NCBI RefSeq assembly: GCF_007431345.1
Contig: NZ_CP041730.1
Location: 163,651-195,650, forward strand
Length of the DNA: 32,000 nt
Direction of reading: 5' to 3'
From: Chitinimonas arctica
Lineage (GTDB): Bacteria > Pseudomonadota > Gammaproteobacteria > Burkholderiales > Chitinimonadaceae
Shown here: positions 8,433 through 17,631 of the stretch, piece by piece
Position numbering within the stretch: position 1 is the stretch's first letter
Layout: each line of letters starts with the position of its first letter
Notes under the pieces: generated by a model
Databases searched by the model: none
What the model was told of the DNA's origin: nothing
The model's input: the letters and a program-made list of their open reading frames with translations, nothing else
Position numbers and translations under genes: made by a program

Positions 8433-11400
8433 ATGCCGTCGCTGCTGCCACTTCCTCCTCTTCCCGCTCCGTCCCACCGTAGCCGCCTGGCGCTGCCGGC
8501 CGGCTCGGCCGATGCCAACCTGCTGGCCGCGCTGACTTCCCAGTGCCGCCCGCTGGTGGTGCTGACCGCCGACGCCCAGACCGCCAGCCGCTTGAAGGAT
8601 GAAATCGCCTGGTTCGCGCCGGACAAGCTGGTGGTACTGCTGCCCGACTGGGAAACGCTGCCCTACGACAGCTTTTCGCCCCACCACGACCTGATTTCCG
8701 AGCGCTTGGCCACCCTCTGGCAAATTCGCCAGCAGCAAGCCGACGTGGTGATCGTCCCGGTGCAGACGGCGCTGATGCCCTTGCCGCCGGTGGAGTACCT
8801 CACCGCCTACAGCTTCTTTCTGAAGGCCAAGACGCGGCTGGACGTGGAAAAGCTGCGCAGCGACCTGGCCTTCGCCGGCTACAACCACGTCACCCAGGTC
8901 TATGGCCCCGGCGAATTTTCCATCCGCGGCGGCCTGATCGACCTGTTTCCCATGGGCTCGACCCTGCCCTACCGGCTCGACTTGTTCGATTCCGATATCG
9001 AAACCATCCGCACCTTCGATGTCGATACCCAGCGCAGCATCTATCCGGTCCCGGAGATCCGCCTGCTGCCGGCGCGCGAATTCCCGCTGGACGAGAACGG
9101 CCGTGCCAAGTTCCGTTCGCGCTTTCGCGAAGTGTTCGAGGGCGATCCGAGCAAATCGCGGGTATACAAGGATATTTCCAACGGCCTGATCCCGCCCGGG
9201 GTGGAGTACTACCTGCCCTTGTTCTTCGACCAGACCGCCACCTTGTTCGACTATTTGCCGGACGATGCCCTGCTGGTGCAGCACGGCGACCTGATGCAGG
9301 CCTGCGAACGCTTTTGGGTGGACACCCAAAGCCGCTACAAGATGCTGGCCGGCGACAAGGACAAGCCCTTGCTGCCGCCGAATGAACTGTTCGTGGGCGT
9401 CGACCAATTTTTCGCGCGGATGAAAGCCTATCGGCGGCTGGAACTGAGTGCGGCCGGCCCCTCGGTGGAGAATGCGGCGGAACAGGCCTGGCGCGAAGCC
9501 AGCGCACCCCTGCCCGATCTACGGGTGGACAGGCGGGCCGACAATCCCATCCAGAAACTGAGCGATTTTGTCGCCCGCTTCGACGGCCGCATCCTCTTGC
9601 TGGCCGAATCCCTGGGACGCCGGGAAACGCTGCACCAGTACTTCACCGAATACGGCCTGCCGGTCGCCGTTGCCGAGAACTGGCAGGCCTGCGAAAGCAG
9701 CGATGCACCGGTCCTGCTCAGCGCCTCGCCGCTCAGCAGCGGCTTTATCGCCGGCCGCCTGGCCCTGATCACCGAAGCCGATCTATACGGCCAGACCAGC
9801 ACCTTGAGCCGGCGCAAGGCACAAAAGCGCAGCAACGCCGAAGGCATGCTGCGCGATCTGTCCGAACTCAAGATCGGCGACGCAGTGGTGCATGAGCAGC
9901 ACGGTATCGGCCGCTATAAAGGGCTGATCAGCATGGACCTGGGCGAAGGCGCCTCGGAGATGCTGCACCTGGAGTATGCCGGCGGCGACACCCTCTATGT
10001 CCCGGTCGCGCAGCTGCATGTAATCAGCCGCTATGCCGGCGGTGCGGAAGATAGCGCGCCGCTGCACAAGCTGGGTTCCGGCCATTGGGAAAAGGCCAAG
10101 CGCAAGGCAGCCGAGCAGGTGCGCGATACCGCCGCCGAACTGCTCAATCTCTATGCCCGCCGTGCGGCACGAGAAGGCTATGCCTTTGGCTTCAACCCGC
10201 ACGACTACGAAGCCTTCGCCGCCGGCTTCGGCTTCGATGAAACGGCCGACCAGGCCGGCGCCATCGAAGCGGTGGTGGCGGATATGACCAGCGGCAAGCC
10301 GATGGACCGCCTGATCTGCGGCGATGTCGGCTTCGGCAAGACCGAAGTGGCCCTGCGCGCCGCCTTTGTCGCGGTATCCGACGGCAAGCAGGTCGCGGTG
10401 CTGGTACCGACCACTCTGTTGGCCGAACAGCATTTCCAGAATTTCTCCGACCGATTCTCCGACCTGCCGGTGCGGGTAGCCGAGCTGAGTCGCTTCCGCT
10501 CCAAGAAGGAAGTGGATGCCGCCATCGCCGGCATGGAAGCCGGCACCATCGATATCGTGATCGGCACCCATAAGCTGGTGCAGGACGGCGTGAAGTTCAA
10601 GAACCTCGGCCTGGTCATCATCGATGAAGAACACCGCTTCGGCGTGCGGCATAAGGAGCAGCTCAAGGCCCTGCGCAGCGAAGTCGATGTGCTGACCCTC
10701 ACGGCCACCCCGATACCGCGCACCCTGGCGATGTCGCTGGAAGGCCTGCGCGACTTTTCCATTATCGCCACCGCGCCCAATCGACGCCTGGCGATCAAGA
10801 CCTTCGCCGCCAACTGGAGCGACGGCGTCATACGCGAAGCGGTGCTGCGCGAGCTGAAGCGCGGCGGCCAGGTGTTCTTCCTGCATAACGAGGTGGATAC
10901 CATCGTCAATATGCAGGAGAAGCTGGCGGCGCTGCTGCCGGAAGCCCGTATCGGCGTGGCCCATGGCCAGATGCGCGAGCGGGATCTGGAACAGGTAATG
11001 CGCGATTTCAACCAGCAGCGCTTCAATCTGCTGCTGTGTACCACCATCATCGAGACCGGCATCGACATCCCCAATGCCAACACCATCATCATGAACCGGG
11101 CCGATAAATTCGGCCTGGCGCAGCTGCACCAACTACGCGGCCGGGTGGGCCGTTCGCATCACCAAGCCTATGCCTACCTGCTGGTGCCCGACCTGAAGAC
11201 GCTGACGCCCTCGGCCAGCAAACGGCTGGAAGCGATCCAGCAGATGGAGGAGCTGGGTTCCGGCTTCTACCTGGCCATGCACGACCTGGAAATTCGCGGT
11301 GCCGGCGAAGTGCTGGGCGACGACCAGTCGGGCGAAATGCAGGAAATCGGCTTTTCGCTTTATTCGGCCATGCTCAATGAAGCGGTCAAGGCGCTCAAGA

Positions 11401-11867
11401 AGGGCATAGAACCGGATCTGAACGCACCGCTGGGCGTCGCCACCGAGATCAATCTGCATAGCCCGGCACTGCTGCCCGGCGATTACTGCCCCGATGTGCA
11501 CGAACGCTTGGTGCTTTACAAGCGCCTGGCCAATTGCGAAAGCTCGGACGAGCTGGACGATATGCAGCAGGAATTGATCGACCGCTTCGGCCTGCTGCCG
11601 CCGCCGGCCAAGATCCTGCTGGACTGCCATCGCCTGCGCCTGCTGGCCAAGCCCCTGGGCGTGCTCAAGCTGGATGCGTCGGACAGCGCGATCTCGGTGC
11701 AATTCGCCAAGCAGAACAGCATCGATCCGATCAAGGTCCTCAAGCTGATCCAGACCAAGCGCAATTACAAGCTGGCCGGCCAAGACAAATTACGGGTGGA
11801 AAGCGCCCTGCCCGACCCGGCCTTGCGGGCGGCGCGGGTGAAGGAATTGCTGCAGGAACTGCGTTGA
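8433..11867 (+). CDS. mfd: Transcription-repair coupling factor Mfd
   Basis: 1144 aa; UvrB-like N-terminus (PLLPPLPAPSHRSRLALPAGSADANLL..), RID/CarD-like region (GDAVVHEQHGIGRYKGL), helicase motifs (MDRLICGDVGFGKTEVALRAAF, VLVPTTLLAEQH, IIDEEHRFGVRHKE, LTATPIPRTL, LLCTTIIETGIDIPNANTIIMNRAD, QLHQLRGRVGRS), TRCF C-terminal domain. Confidence 0.98.
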   Translation: MPSLLPLPPLPAPSHRSRLALPAGSADANLLAALTSQCRPLVVLTADAQTASRLKDEIAWFAPDKLVVLLPDWETLPYDSFSPHHDLISERLATLWQIRQQQADVVIVPVQTALMPLPPVEYLTAYSFFLKAKTRLDVEKLRSDLAFAGYNHVTQVYGPGEFSIRGGLIDLFPMGSTLPYRLDLFDSDIETIRTFDVDTQRSIYPVPEIRLLPAREFPLDENGRAKFRSRFREVFEGDPSKSRVYKDISNGLIPPGVEYYLPLFFDQTATLFDYLPDDALLVQHGDLMQACERFWVDTQSRYKMLAGDKDKPLLPPNELFVGVDQFFARMKAYRRLELSAAGPSVENAAEQAWREASAPLPDLRVDRRADNPIQKLSDFVARFDGRILLLAESLGRRETLHQYFTEYGLPVAVAENWQACESSDAPVLLSASPLSSGFIAGRLALITEADLYGQTSTLSRRKAQKRSNAEGMLRDLSELKIGDAVVHEQHGIGRYKGLISMDLGEGASEMLHLEYAGGDTLYVPVAQLHVISRYAGGAEDSAPLHKLGSGHWEKAKRKAAEQVRDTAAELLNLYARRAAREGYAFGFNPHDYEAFAAGFGFDETADQAGAIEAVVADMTSGKPMDRLICGDVGFGKTEVALRAAFVAVSDGKQVAVLVPTTLLAEQHFQNFSDRFSDLPVRVAELSRFRSKKEVDAAIAGMEAGTIDIVIGTHKLVQDGVKFKNLGLVIIDEEHRFGVRHKEQLKALRSEVDVLTLTATPIPRTLAMSLEGLRDFSIIATAPNRRLAIKTFAANWSDGVIREAVLRELKRGGQVFFLHNEVDTIVNMQEKLAALLPEARIGVAHGQMRERDLEQVMRDFNQQRFNLLLCTTIIETGIDIPNANTIIMNRADKFGLAQLHQLRGRVGRSHHQAYAYLLVPDLKTLTPSASKRLEAIQQMEELGSGFYLAMHDLEIRGAGEVLGDDQSGEMQEIGFSLYSAMLNEAVKALKKGIEPDLNAPLGVATEINLHSPALLPGDYCPDVHERLVLYKRLANCESSDELDDMQQELIDRFGLLPPPAKILLDCHRLRLLAKPLGVLKLDASDSAISVQFAKQNSIDPIKVLKLIQTKRNYKLAGQDKLRVESALPDPALRAARVKELLQELR

Positions 11868-12039
11868 TGACGCGGTCGCGGGCTAGTCGCACAAATTGCA
11901 ACAAATCCGCGCCACCATGAATACATCAATAAACAAGCACTTCGGTGCGGGTCGCGGCGCGAGGCCGATCCATGCGCTTGTCTAGCCTTGTAGCGCCGAC
12001 GGATTTTTCCGACAATCAAACCAACACCGGAGGACCTTG

Positions 12040-12492
12040 ATGACCGTGGTACCCGACCTCGAACTGCCGATGACCGGCGATCAGGCATTCAATACCGCCG
12101 CGCTGCGCGGCACGCCCTACGTACTGTTTTTCTATCCCAAGGACAACACGCCCGGCTGTACCACCGAAAGCGGCGACTTCCGCGATCGGCATGAAGCCTT
12201 TTTGGCGGCCGGCTGCCGGCTCTACGGTGTCAGCCGCGACGGAATGAAGTCGCACGAGAACTTCAAGGCCAAGCTGGCCATGCCTTTCGAGCTGGTATCG
12301 GACCCGGATGAAACGCTGTGCAACGCTTTCGGCGTCATGAAGATGAAGAATATGTACGGCAAGCAGGTGCGCGGCGTGGAGCGCAGCACCTTCGTGGTGG
12401 ATGGCGAAGGCCAGGTGGTGAAGGAATGGCGCGGCTTGAAGGTGCCGGGCCATGTCGATGACGTACTGGCTTTTGTACAGACGATGAAATAA
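12040..12492 (+). CDS. bcp: Thioredoxin-dependent peroxiredoxin (Bcp/PrxQ family)
   Basis: YVLFFYPKDNTPGCTTESGDFRD with peroxidatic Cys and GVERSTFVVDGEGQVVKEWRGLKVPGHVDDVL. ATG at 12040 is preceded by GGAGGACC. Confidence 0.93.
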   Translation: MTVVPDLELPMTGDQAFNTAALRGTPYVLFFYPKDNTPGCTTESGDFRDRHEAFLAAGCRLYGVSRDGMKSHENFKAKLAMPFELVSDPDETLCNAFGVMKMKNMYGKQVRGVERSTFVVDGEGQVVKEWRGLKVPGHVDDVLAFVQTMK

Positions 12493-12495
12493 GCG

Positions 12496-12523
12496 AAACG
12501 CCCGTTCCCGTGACGGGCGTTTT
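12496..12523 (+). terminator. Rho-independent terminator after bcp
   Basis: Perfect 10-bp inverted repeat AAACGCCCGT-(TCCCGTG)-ACGGGCGTTT plus T, starting 4 nt after the bcp stop. Confidence 0.8.
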
Positions 12524-12534
12524 GCATGGTGCCC

Positions 12535-12602
12535 GCCCACCGGCCGAGATTCGGCCCGGGGTGGGCAGACAGGGGGGCCGGCACGGCAGATCGCCCGGCC
12601 CC
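12535..12602 (+). promoter_or_regulatory. Two tandem GC-rich inverted repeats in the bcp-phoH intergenic region (possible structured phoH leader)
   Basis: Hairpin 1: GCCCACC GGCCGA-(GAT)-TCGGCC cgg GGTGGGC (12535-12566). Hairpin 2: GGGGCCGG-(13 nt)-CCGGCCCC (12574-12602). Both lie 30-100 nt upstream of the phoH ATG, with no T tract. Confidence 0.4.
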
Positions 12603-12633
12603 GACGATATCCGGGAACAACGCGAGGAACCGT

Positions 12634-14037
12634 ATGGCCGCCGTCCGTAAAGCCAAAACCACCAAGCTCTTTGTGCTGGATACCAACGTGCTGATGCACG
12701 ACCCCACCAGCTTGTTTCGCTTCGAAGAACACGATATCTGCCTACCCATGGTCACCCTCGAGGAGCTGGACGACCATAAGAAGGGCATGAGCGAAGTCGC
12801 CCGCAATGCGCGCCAGGCCAGCCGCTTCCTGGACGATATCGTCCGCGGCAAGGAAAGCCAGATCGAAAAAGGCGTGGCCCTGGAAACCGCCTCCAAGGGC
12901 ATGGCGTCCGGCCATCTGTTCCTGCAGACCTTGGCCGCCAAGGTCGATCTGCCGGTCGACCTGCCGGTCGGCAAGGCCGACAACCAGATCCTCACCGTGG
13001 TGATGCACCTGGCGCAGCTGCATCCGAAGCGCGAGGTGGTATTGGTGTCCAAGGACATCAATATGCGCATCAAGGCCCGCGCACTGGGCCTGCCGGCCGA
13101 AGACTACTTCAACGACCAGGTGCTGGAAGACACCGACCTGCTGTATTCCGGCATACGCGAAATCGACCAGGCCTTCTGGGAAAAAAACGGCAAGGATATG
13201 AAAAGCTGGCAAGAAGGCGGCCGCGCCTTCTACCAGCTCAATGGCAGCGACTGCGCCAGCCTGCTGCTGAACCAGATGATCTGGCAGGAAGCGGAAAAAC
13301 CCTTCCTGGCCATGGTAAAGACGGTCGAAGGCAAGACGGCGGTGCTGGAGTCGGTCAAGGACTACAGTCACCCCAAGAACGCCATTTGGGGCATCACCGC
13401 CCGCAATCGCGAGCAGAATTTCGCCATCAATCTGCTGATGAACCCCGATATCGACTTCGTCACCCTGCTGGGCCAGGCCGGTACCGGCAAGACCCTGCTG
13501 ACGCTGGCGTCCGCCTTGATGATGACCCTGGAGGAAAAGCGCTACAGCGAGATCATCATGACCCGGGTCACCGTCCCGGTCGGCGAGGACATCGGCTTCC
13601 TGCCCGGCACCGAGGAAGAAAAGATGGCGCCGTGGATGGGCGCGCTGGACGACAACCTCGATGTGCTCAACCAGACCGACGGCGAATCGGGCGAATGGGG
13701 CCGCGCCGCCACCCGCGACCTGATCCGCTCGCGCATCAAGATCAAGTCGCTCAACTTTATGCGGGGCCGCACCTTCCTCAACAAGTTCCTGATCATCGAC
13801 GAGGCGCAGAATCTTACCCCCAAGCAGATGAAGACCCTGATCACCCGTGCCGGCCCGGGCACCAAGGTGGTCTGCCTGGGCAATATCGCCCAGATCGACA
13901 CCCCCTACCTGACCGAGGGCTCGTCCGGGCTGACCTATGTGGTGGACCGCTTCAAGGGCTGGGGCCACTCCGGCCACGTCACCTTGCAACGCGGCGAGCG
14001 TTCGCGGCTGGCGGACCACGCGGCCGAGGTGCTGTAG
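12634..14037 (+). CDS. PIN domain-PhoH ATPase fusion (PhoH2/YlaK-type)
   Basis: PIN domain LFVLDTNVLMHDPTSLFRFEEHDICLPMVTLEELDDHK; PhoH domain with VTLLGQAGTGKTLLTLA, FLIIDEAQNLTPKQMKTLITRAG, DTPYLTEGSSGLTYVVDRFKG. Start taken at ATG 12634; the ORF track begins at 12526. Confidence 0.93.
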   Translation: MAAVRKAKTTKLFVLDTNVLMHDPTSLFRFEEHDICLPMVTLEELDDHKKGMSEVARNARQASRFLDDIVRGKESQIEKGVALETASKGMASGHLFLQTLAAKVDLPVDLPVGKADNQILTVVMHLAQLHPKREVVLVSKDINMRIKARALGLPAEDYFNDQVLEDTDLLYSGIREIDQAFWEKNGKDMKSWQEGGRAFYQLNGSDCASLLLNQMIWQEAEKPFLAMVKTVEGKTAVLESVKDYSHPKNAIWGITARNREQNFAINLLMNPDIDFVTLLGQAGTGKTLLTLASALMMTLEEKRYSEIIMTRVTVPVGEDIGFLPGTEEEKMAPWMGALDDNLDVLNQTDGESGEWGRAATRDLIRSRIKIKSLNFMRGRTFLNKFLIIDEAQNLTPKQMKTLITRAGPGTKVVCLGNIAQIDTPYLTEGSSGLTYVVDRFKGWGHSGHVTLQRGERSRLADHAAEVL

Positions 14038-14065
14038 CGGCGCCCGCTCAAGGTGTTGCGGGGAT

Positions 14066-14100
14066 GGGGGCCGTCCTTGCAAGCGGCCCCCTTGCGTTTA
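14066..14100 (+). terminator. Candidate terminator after phoH
   Basis: GGGGGCCG-(TCCTTGCAAG)-CGGCCCCC followed by the weak T-rich TTGCGTTTATT, about 30 nt after the stop. Confidence 0.55.
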
Positions 14101-14160
14101 TTGCAGGTTTAACTTGAACGCACCCCGTCTAAACTTAGGTACACCTTAAAGGGGCGTTTA

Positions 14161-14931
14161 ATGACGATTATTGCCGTATTCAACCAGAAGGGCGGCGTAG
14201 GCAAGACCACCACCACCGCCAATCTGGCCGCCGCCATGGCCAAGAACGGACTGACGCCGCTCGCAATCGATCTGGACCCGCAGGCGCATCTCACCGCCTT
14301 ATCCGGATTGAACCCAAAGGTGGAAAGAACGGTCTATAGCTTTTTCAACCAGCAGACGCCGCTTTCCGACCTGGTTACCCAGCTACCCAACCAGGTCAAT
14401 CTGATCCCCTCCCATATGGAACTGGCCCGGGTGGATATGATGCTCAGCCAGAACCGGCACGACCTGCGCCGCCTCAAGAAAGCCATGGCGGAAGAAATGC
14501 TGTCCAGCAGCGATACGCCGGTCCTGATCGACTGCTGTCCCATGCTGGGCGTGCTATCCCTATCGGCCCTGATGGCGGCCGACGTGGTACTGGTACCGGT
14601 CACCGCCGAATACCTGGCCATGAATGGCGCCCAACAACTGGACCAGACCTTGAAGGGCCTTGCCACCAAGGGTCTTTATCGTCCCCGCAAGGTGTTTATC
14701 AACCGCTATCAACGCGGCCACACCACCTCGGAGAAGGTCGCCCATGAACTGACGCGACGGTATGGGAAGGATTTTTGCAATACTCGCGTGTTCGAAAGCC
14801 AAAGCGTGCTGGAGAGCGTCGGGCAAAATAAGGATGTCTTCAGCTTTGCGCCAGACTCCGAAGGCGCTGAGGACTTCAGCTATCTCCTGGACGAATTGAT
14901 AGAATCGGGTTTTATTAAGGTGAATATGTGA
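14161..14931 (+). CDS. ParA/Soj-family P-loop ATPase (orphan, no adjacent parB)
   Basis: MTIIAVFNQKGGVGKTTTTANLAAAMA (deviant Walker A KGGVGKTT), PLAIDLDPQAHLTALSG, VLIDCCPMLGVLSLSALMAADVVLVPVTAEYLAMNGA. Confidence 0.92.
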   Translation: MTIIAVFNQKGGVGKTTTTANLAAAMAKNGLTPLAIDLDPQAHLTALSGLNPKVERTVYSFFNQQTPLSDLVTQLPNQVNLIPSHMELARVDMMLSQNRHDLRRLKKAMAEEMLSSSDTPVLIDCCPMLGVLSLSALMAADVVLVPVTAEYLAMNGAQQLDQTLKGLATKGLYRPRKVFINRYQRGHTTSEKVAHELTRRYGKDFCNTRVFESQSVLESVGQNKDVFSFAPDSEGAEDFSYLLDELIESGFIKVNM

Positions 14932-15833
14932 TTTTTCGCGTTTTACTTGCCCTCTTACTGGCCCTGTCGGCCCACGCGGCCGATATCGACAGCCTGTGGG
15001 ACTACGACAAGCCCGCCGTTTCGGAAGCACGTTTTCGGGCTGCCCTGGCCAAGGCGAAAGCCGCCGGCAATACCGAACAGGCGGCGGAACTACTGACCCA
15101 GATCGCCCGCGCCCAAGGCCTGCAAGGCCGCCTGCCGGAAGCCAATACCACCCTGGACGCCCTCTTGCCCGAGCTGGGCCAGTTGCCGCCGGCCGTCAGC
15201 GTGCGCTACCTGTTGGAGCGCGGCCGCCTGATCAATACGGCCGGCGAACCGAAAAAAGCCTGGCGCTGGTTCCGCACGGCCCTGCTGCAAGCGCAGAAGC
15301 ACCAGTTGGACCTGTATCTGATCGATGCCATGCATATGCTGGGCATCGTCGATAACGGCAAGGCCACCATCGAATGGAATAGCCAAGCCATCGCCCTGGC
15401 CGAGCAAAGCAAGGCGCCCCACGCGCAAGACTGGCTGGGCTCCCTGTACAACAACCTCGGCTGGGCCTATCACGACCAGAAGGACTACGCCAAGGCGCTG
15501 GATTATCTGCGCCGGGCCCAGCGCTGGCACGAACAGCGCGGCACGGGTCGGCCGCTGCTGGTGGCCCGCTGGAGCGTGGCCAAGGTACTGCGCGAAACCG
15601 GCGAACATGAAAAAGCCCTGGCCATCCAGACCGATATCGAACGGGCCTGGGTGCGCCTGGGCGAACAGGATGGCTACGTCTACGAGGAAATCGCCGAGAA
15701 CTTGCTGGCCCTGGGCGAGCGCCAGCAGGCGCGCGTTTATTTCGGACGTACCTTGGCGGTGCTCAGCAAGGATGAATGGCTGGTCAAGACCGAGCCGGCA
15801 AGGCTGGCGAGGATACGGGAGTTGGCGGAATAG
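14928..15833 (+). CDS. Sec-exported TPR-repeat protein
   Basis: GTG start overlaps the parA-like stop (GTGA). Signal peptide MIFRVLLALLLALSAHAA; TPR-like helices (e.g. DWLGSLYNNLGWAYHDQKDYAKALDYLRRAQRWH). Confidence 0.82.
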   Translation: MIFRVLLALLLALSAHAADIDSLWDYDKPAVSEARFRAALAKAKAAGNTEQAAELLTQIARAQGLQGRLPEANTTLDALLPELGQLPPAVSVRYLLERGRLINTAGEPKKAWRWFRTALLQAQKHQLDLYLIDAMHMLGIVDNGKATIEWNSQAIALAEQSKAPHAQDWLGSLYNNLGWAYHDQKDYAKALDYLRRAQRWHEQRGTGRPLLVARWSVAKVLRETGEHEKALAIQTDIERAWVRLGEQDGYVYEEIAENLLALGERQQARVYFGRTLAVLSKDEWLVKTEPARLARIRELAE

Positions 15834-15915
15834 GTGCGTGTCGAACGGCATTGACCGGTAGCATCGGCTCCTCAAACAAACGCCCCGCATAAGTGGGGTG
15901 AATACAGGGCGGTGG

Positions 15916-15941
15916 CTCGGCTCACATTACGCCGAGCCGAG
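15916..15941. other. Intergenic inverted repeat between convergent TPR and protease genes
   Basis: CTCGGCTC-(ACATTACGCC)-GAGCCGAG, perfect 8-bp arms, no T tract. Confidence 0.4.
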
Positions 15942-15978
15942 TCCTATTGCATCGTCTAGAAATAGAAGATAACCGTGC

Positions 15979-17283
15979 TTAACGAAATGTAATGCGCAAT
16001 GCTGCAACTGCATCATCTATCGGCACGAAGAAGTTCAGGTTCTGACTTGCGCGACCAATCATATAACCTTGGACAGCAATACCAACTACGCGGCCATCTG
16101 CGGCAACCAACGGCCCACCTGAATTCCCGGGATGAACCTGCGCATCGCTTTGCAGGAATTTTTGTCCGCGATCATCACGGTAAGCCGATACAATCCCGCG
16201 AGTGACGGTAATGTCAAGCTCGTCGCGGAGCGGGGTTCCAATAGCAAAAACGTCTGTGCCAACCGCCGGCTGAGTCGAGCGCGCCAAGGTCGCTGCGGGC
16301 AAATTTTCCTCGCGTAGTTTTAGAAGTGCGACGTCGCGAGCGCTATCGGCGCGAACCACATCGGCAACAATCTTACGACCGTTCGCCAAGCGCACAGTCA
16401 CAAAGCGTGCCTCCCGAACCACATGTTCGTTCGTGATTGCATATCCTTCTGGGGATATGATGAATCCGCTCCCATGTCCGCTTCCAGCATATACGGTCAG
16501 TGTGGCATTGCGTGCAGCCTCTAACGAAACACCCAATGGACTCGCCGATTTCAAATTAAGTGTAACTGAGTCCTCTGCTATGCTATTTATTCCACCGGTA
16601 GCTACCGATTTACCTCCTAGTTCGCGCCGCGTAACAAGGTCGTTGAACTTCCGATCTGCTAAGAGGTTTTGAACGGACAAACCAAATGCATTTGCGAGGT
16701 TCTTCTCGATTCCCATTGGTGCGCTACTGTCGCTTTGGTATGACCCTTCCGTTGTAACTTCGTAAACAACCTTGCGCTCTAACTGTCCATATACCTGCCA
16801 AGCAACTTGAACATAAGCACCGCCCTTGGAATCTCGATAGTTGCCAAAGCCTGCCAACGGGTAGCATGCACTAAGTTCGAGCTTGTTCACCTGGCCTGCC
16901 ACGAGTAGCTCTGCCTTCCATGTCGACGGATCGTCAAACAGCGCGTTTGGGTCGCCGACTACTGGATAGTTGTACTTCTGCAATTCTTCGCGGAAGGTTT
17001 CGGTTAGCTCATCATCCGTTATATTGATCCTTCCACCTCGCCACTCCACAGTACCGGAGGGGACACAGGCGAAACCAATATAGTTCTTGCCGACTTCCTC
17101 TCCGCGCCGGAGTTTGACGACGACCTTCTTGAGCTGGATGGGCTTGGCGTCGACTCCCCGCGGCACCTCCAGTGCACTATGCACTTGGGCCTGTCGAACA
17201 GGTGTGGCGCACCCGCTAAGTAAAGCCAGCCCAGCCACGACTACAAATAAGCCCCGACGCGAGGTTGTTTGCCAGCAATACAT
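15979..17283 (-). CDS. Lipoprotein with uncharacterised N-terminal region and C-terminal trypsin-like (S1C/HtrA-type) protease domain
   Basis: Lipobox VVVAGLALLSGC. Protease motifs GSGFIISPEGYAITNEHVV (His), SARDVALLKL (Asp), SDAQVHPGNSGGPLV (Ser). About 210 aa before the protease match no domain I recognise. ATG 17283 with upstream GGGAGG. Confidence 0.85.
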   Translation of the reverse strand: MYCWQTTSRRGLFVVVAGLALLSGCATPVRQAQVHSALEVPRGVDAKPIQLKKVVVKLRRGEEVGKNYIGFACVPSGTVEWRGGRINITDDELTETFREELQKYNYPVVGDPNALFDDPSTWKAELLVAGQVNKLELSACYPLAGFGNYRDSKGGAYVQVAWQVYGQLERKVVYEVTTEGSYQSDSSAPMGIEKNLANAFGLSVQNLLADRKFNDLVTRRELGGKSVATGGINSIAEDSVTLNLKSASPLGVSLEAARNATLTVYAGSGHGSGFIISPEGYAITNEHVVREARFVTVRLANGRKIVADVVRADSARDVALLKLREENLPAATLARSTQPAVGTDVFAIGTPLRDELDITVTRGIVSAYRDDRGQKFLQSDAQVHPGNSGGPLVAADGRVVGIAVQGYMIGRASQNLNFFVPIDDAVAALRITFR

Positions 17284-17631
17284 CCTACCCTCCCACATAT
17301 TGGGCCAGGATAACGGCTAGCCTGGCGATTTGGTTTCTCCAGAGAAGCACAGCATCTATATGGTCTTTCAACTCACCAAGCCCACTAAGCGCAATTATGT
17401 ATAGCCTATATGACCTGTTGCCTACAGTGTTTTGTCTCAGATCGACAGGCAAGGGCGCTATTGTATGTGCTGTGGAAATTGGCAACGACAAGGCCCGTGC
17501 CAGCACTTTCCCACCTGCCGGTCCGCATTCGTCTATCGGCGTAAAAACCGCCAGCCTGTACTGCTAAATTTGCACGTGCCATTCACCCTGCATGAAAAAC
17601 CGACAATGACGCTTCGTGCGAGCGTTAACGT

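Noticed and set aside
9783-11132. 449-aa antisense ORF opposite mfd, and other long antisense ORFs (553..1842, 3629..4879, 6797..8081 set, 12742..14082, 21192..22385, 22405..23406, 27961..28905)
   Set aside because: All lie opposite strongly supported genes with biased high-GC codon usage, which produces long spurious antisense frames. Their translations show no domain signatures.
14132-14150. Near-palindrome CTTAGGTACACCTTAA upstream of the ParA-like gene as a parS or operator
   Set aside because: Only 4-bp perfect arms, no match to known parS (TGTTTCACGTGAAACA), no parB gene.
15916-15941. Inverted repeat as a bidirectional terminator
   Set aside because: Arms are good but no T/A tract on either side. 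Recorded only as an unexplained hairpin.
17285-17600. Small ORFs between the protease and sel1 genes (17285..17506 -, 17265..17567 +, 17432..17635 +)
   Set aside because: No RBS, mutually overlapping in several frames, no recognisable domain or signal sequence.
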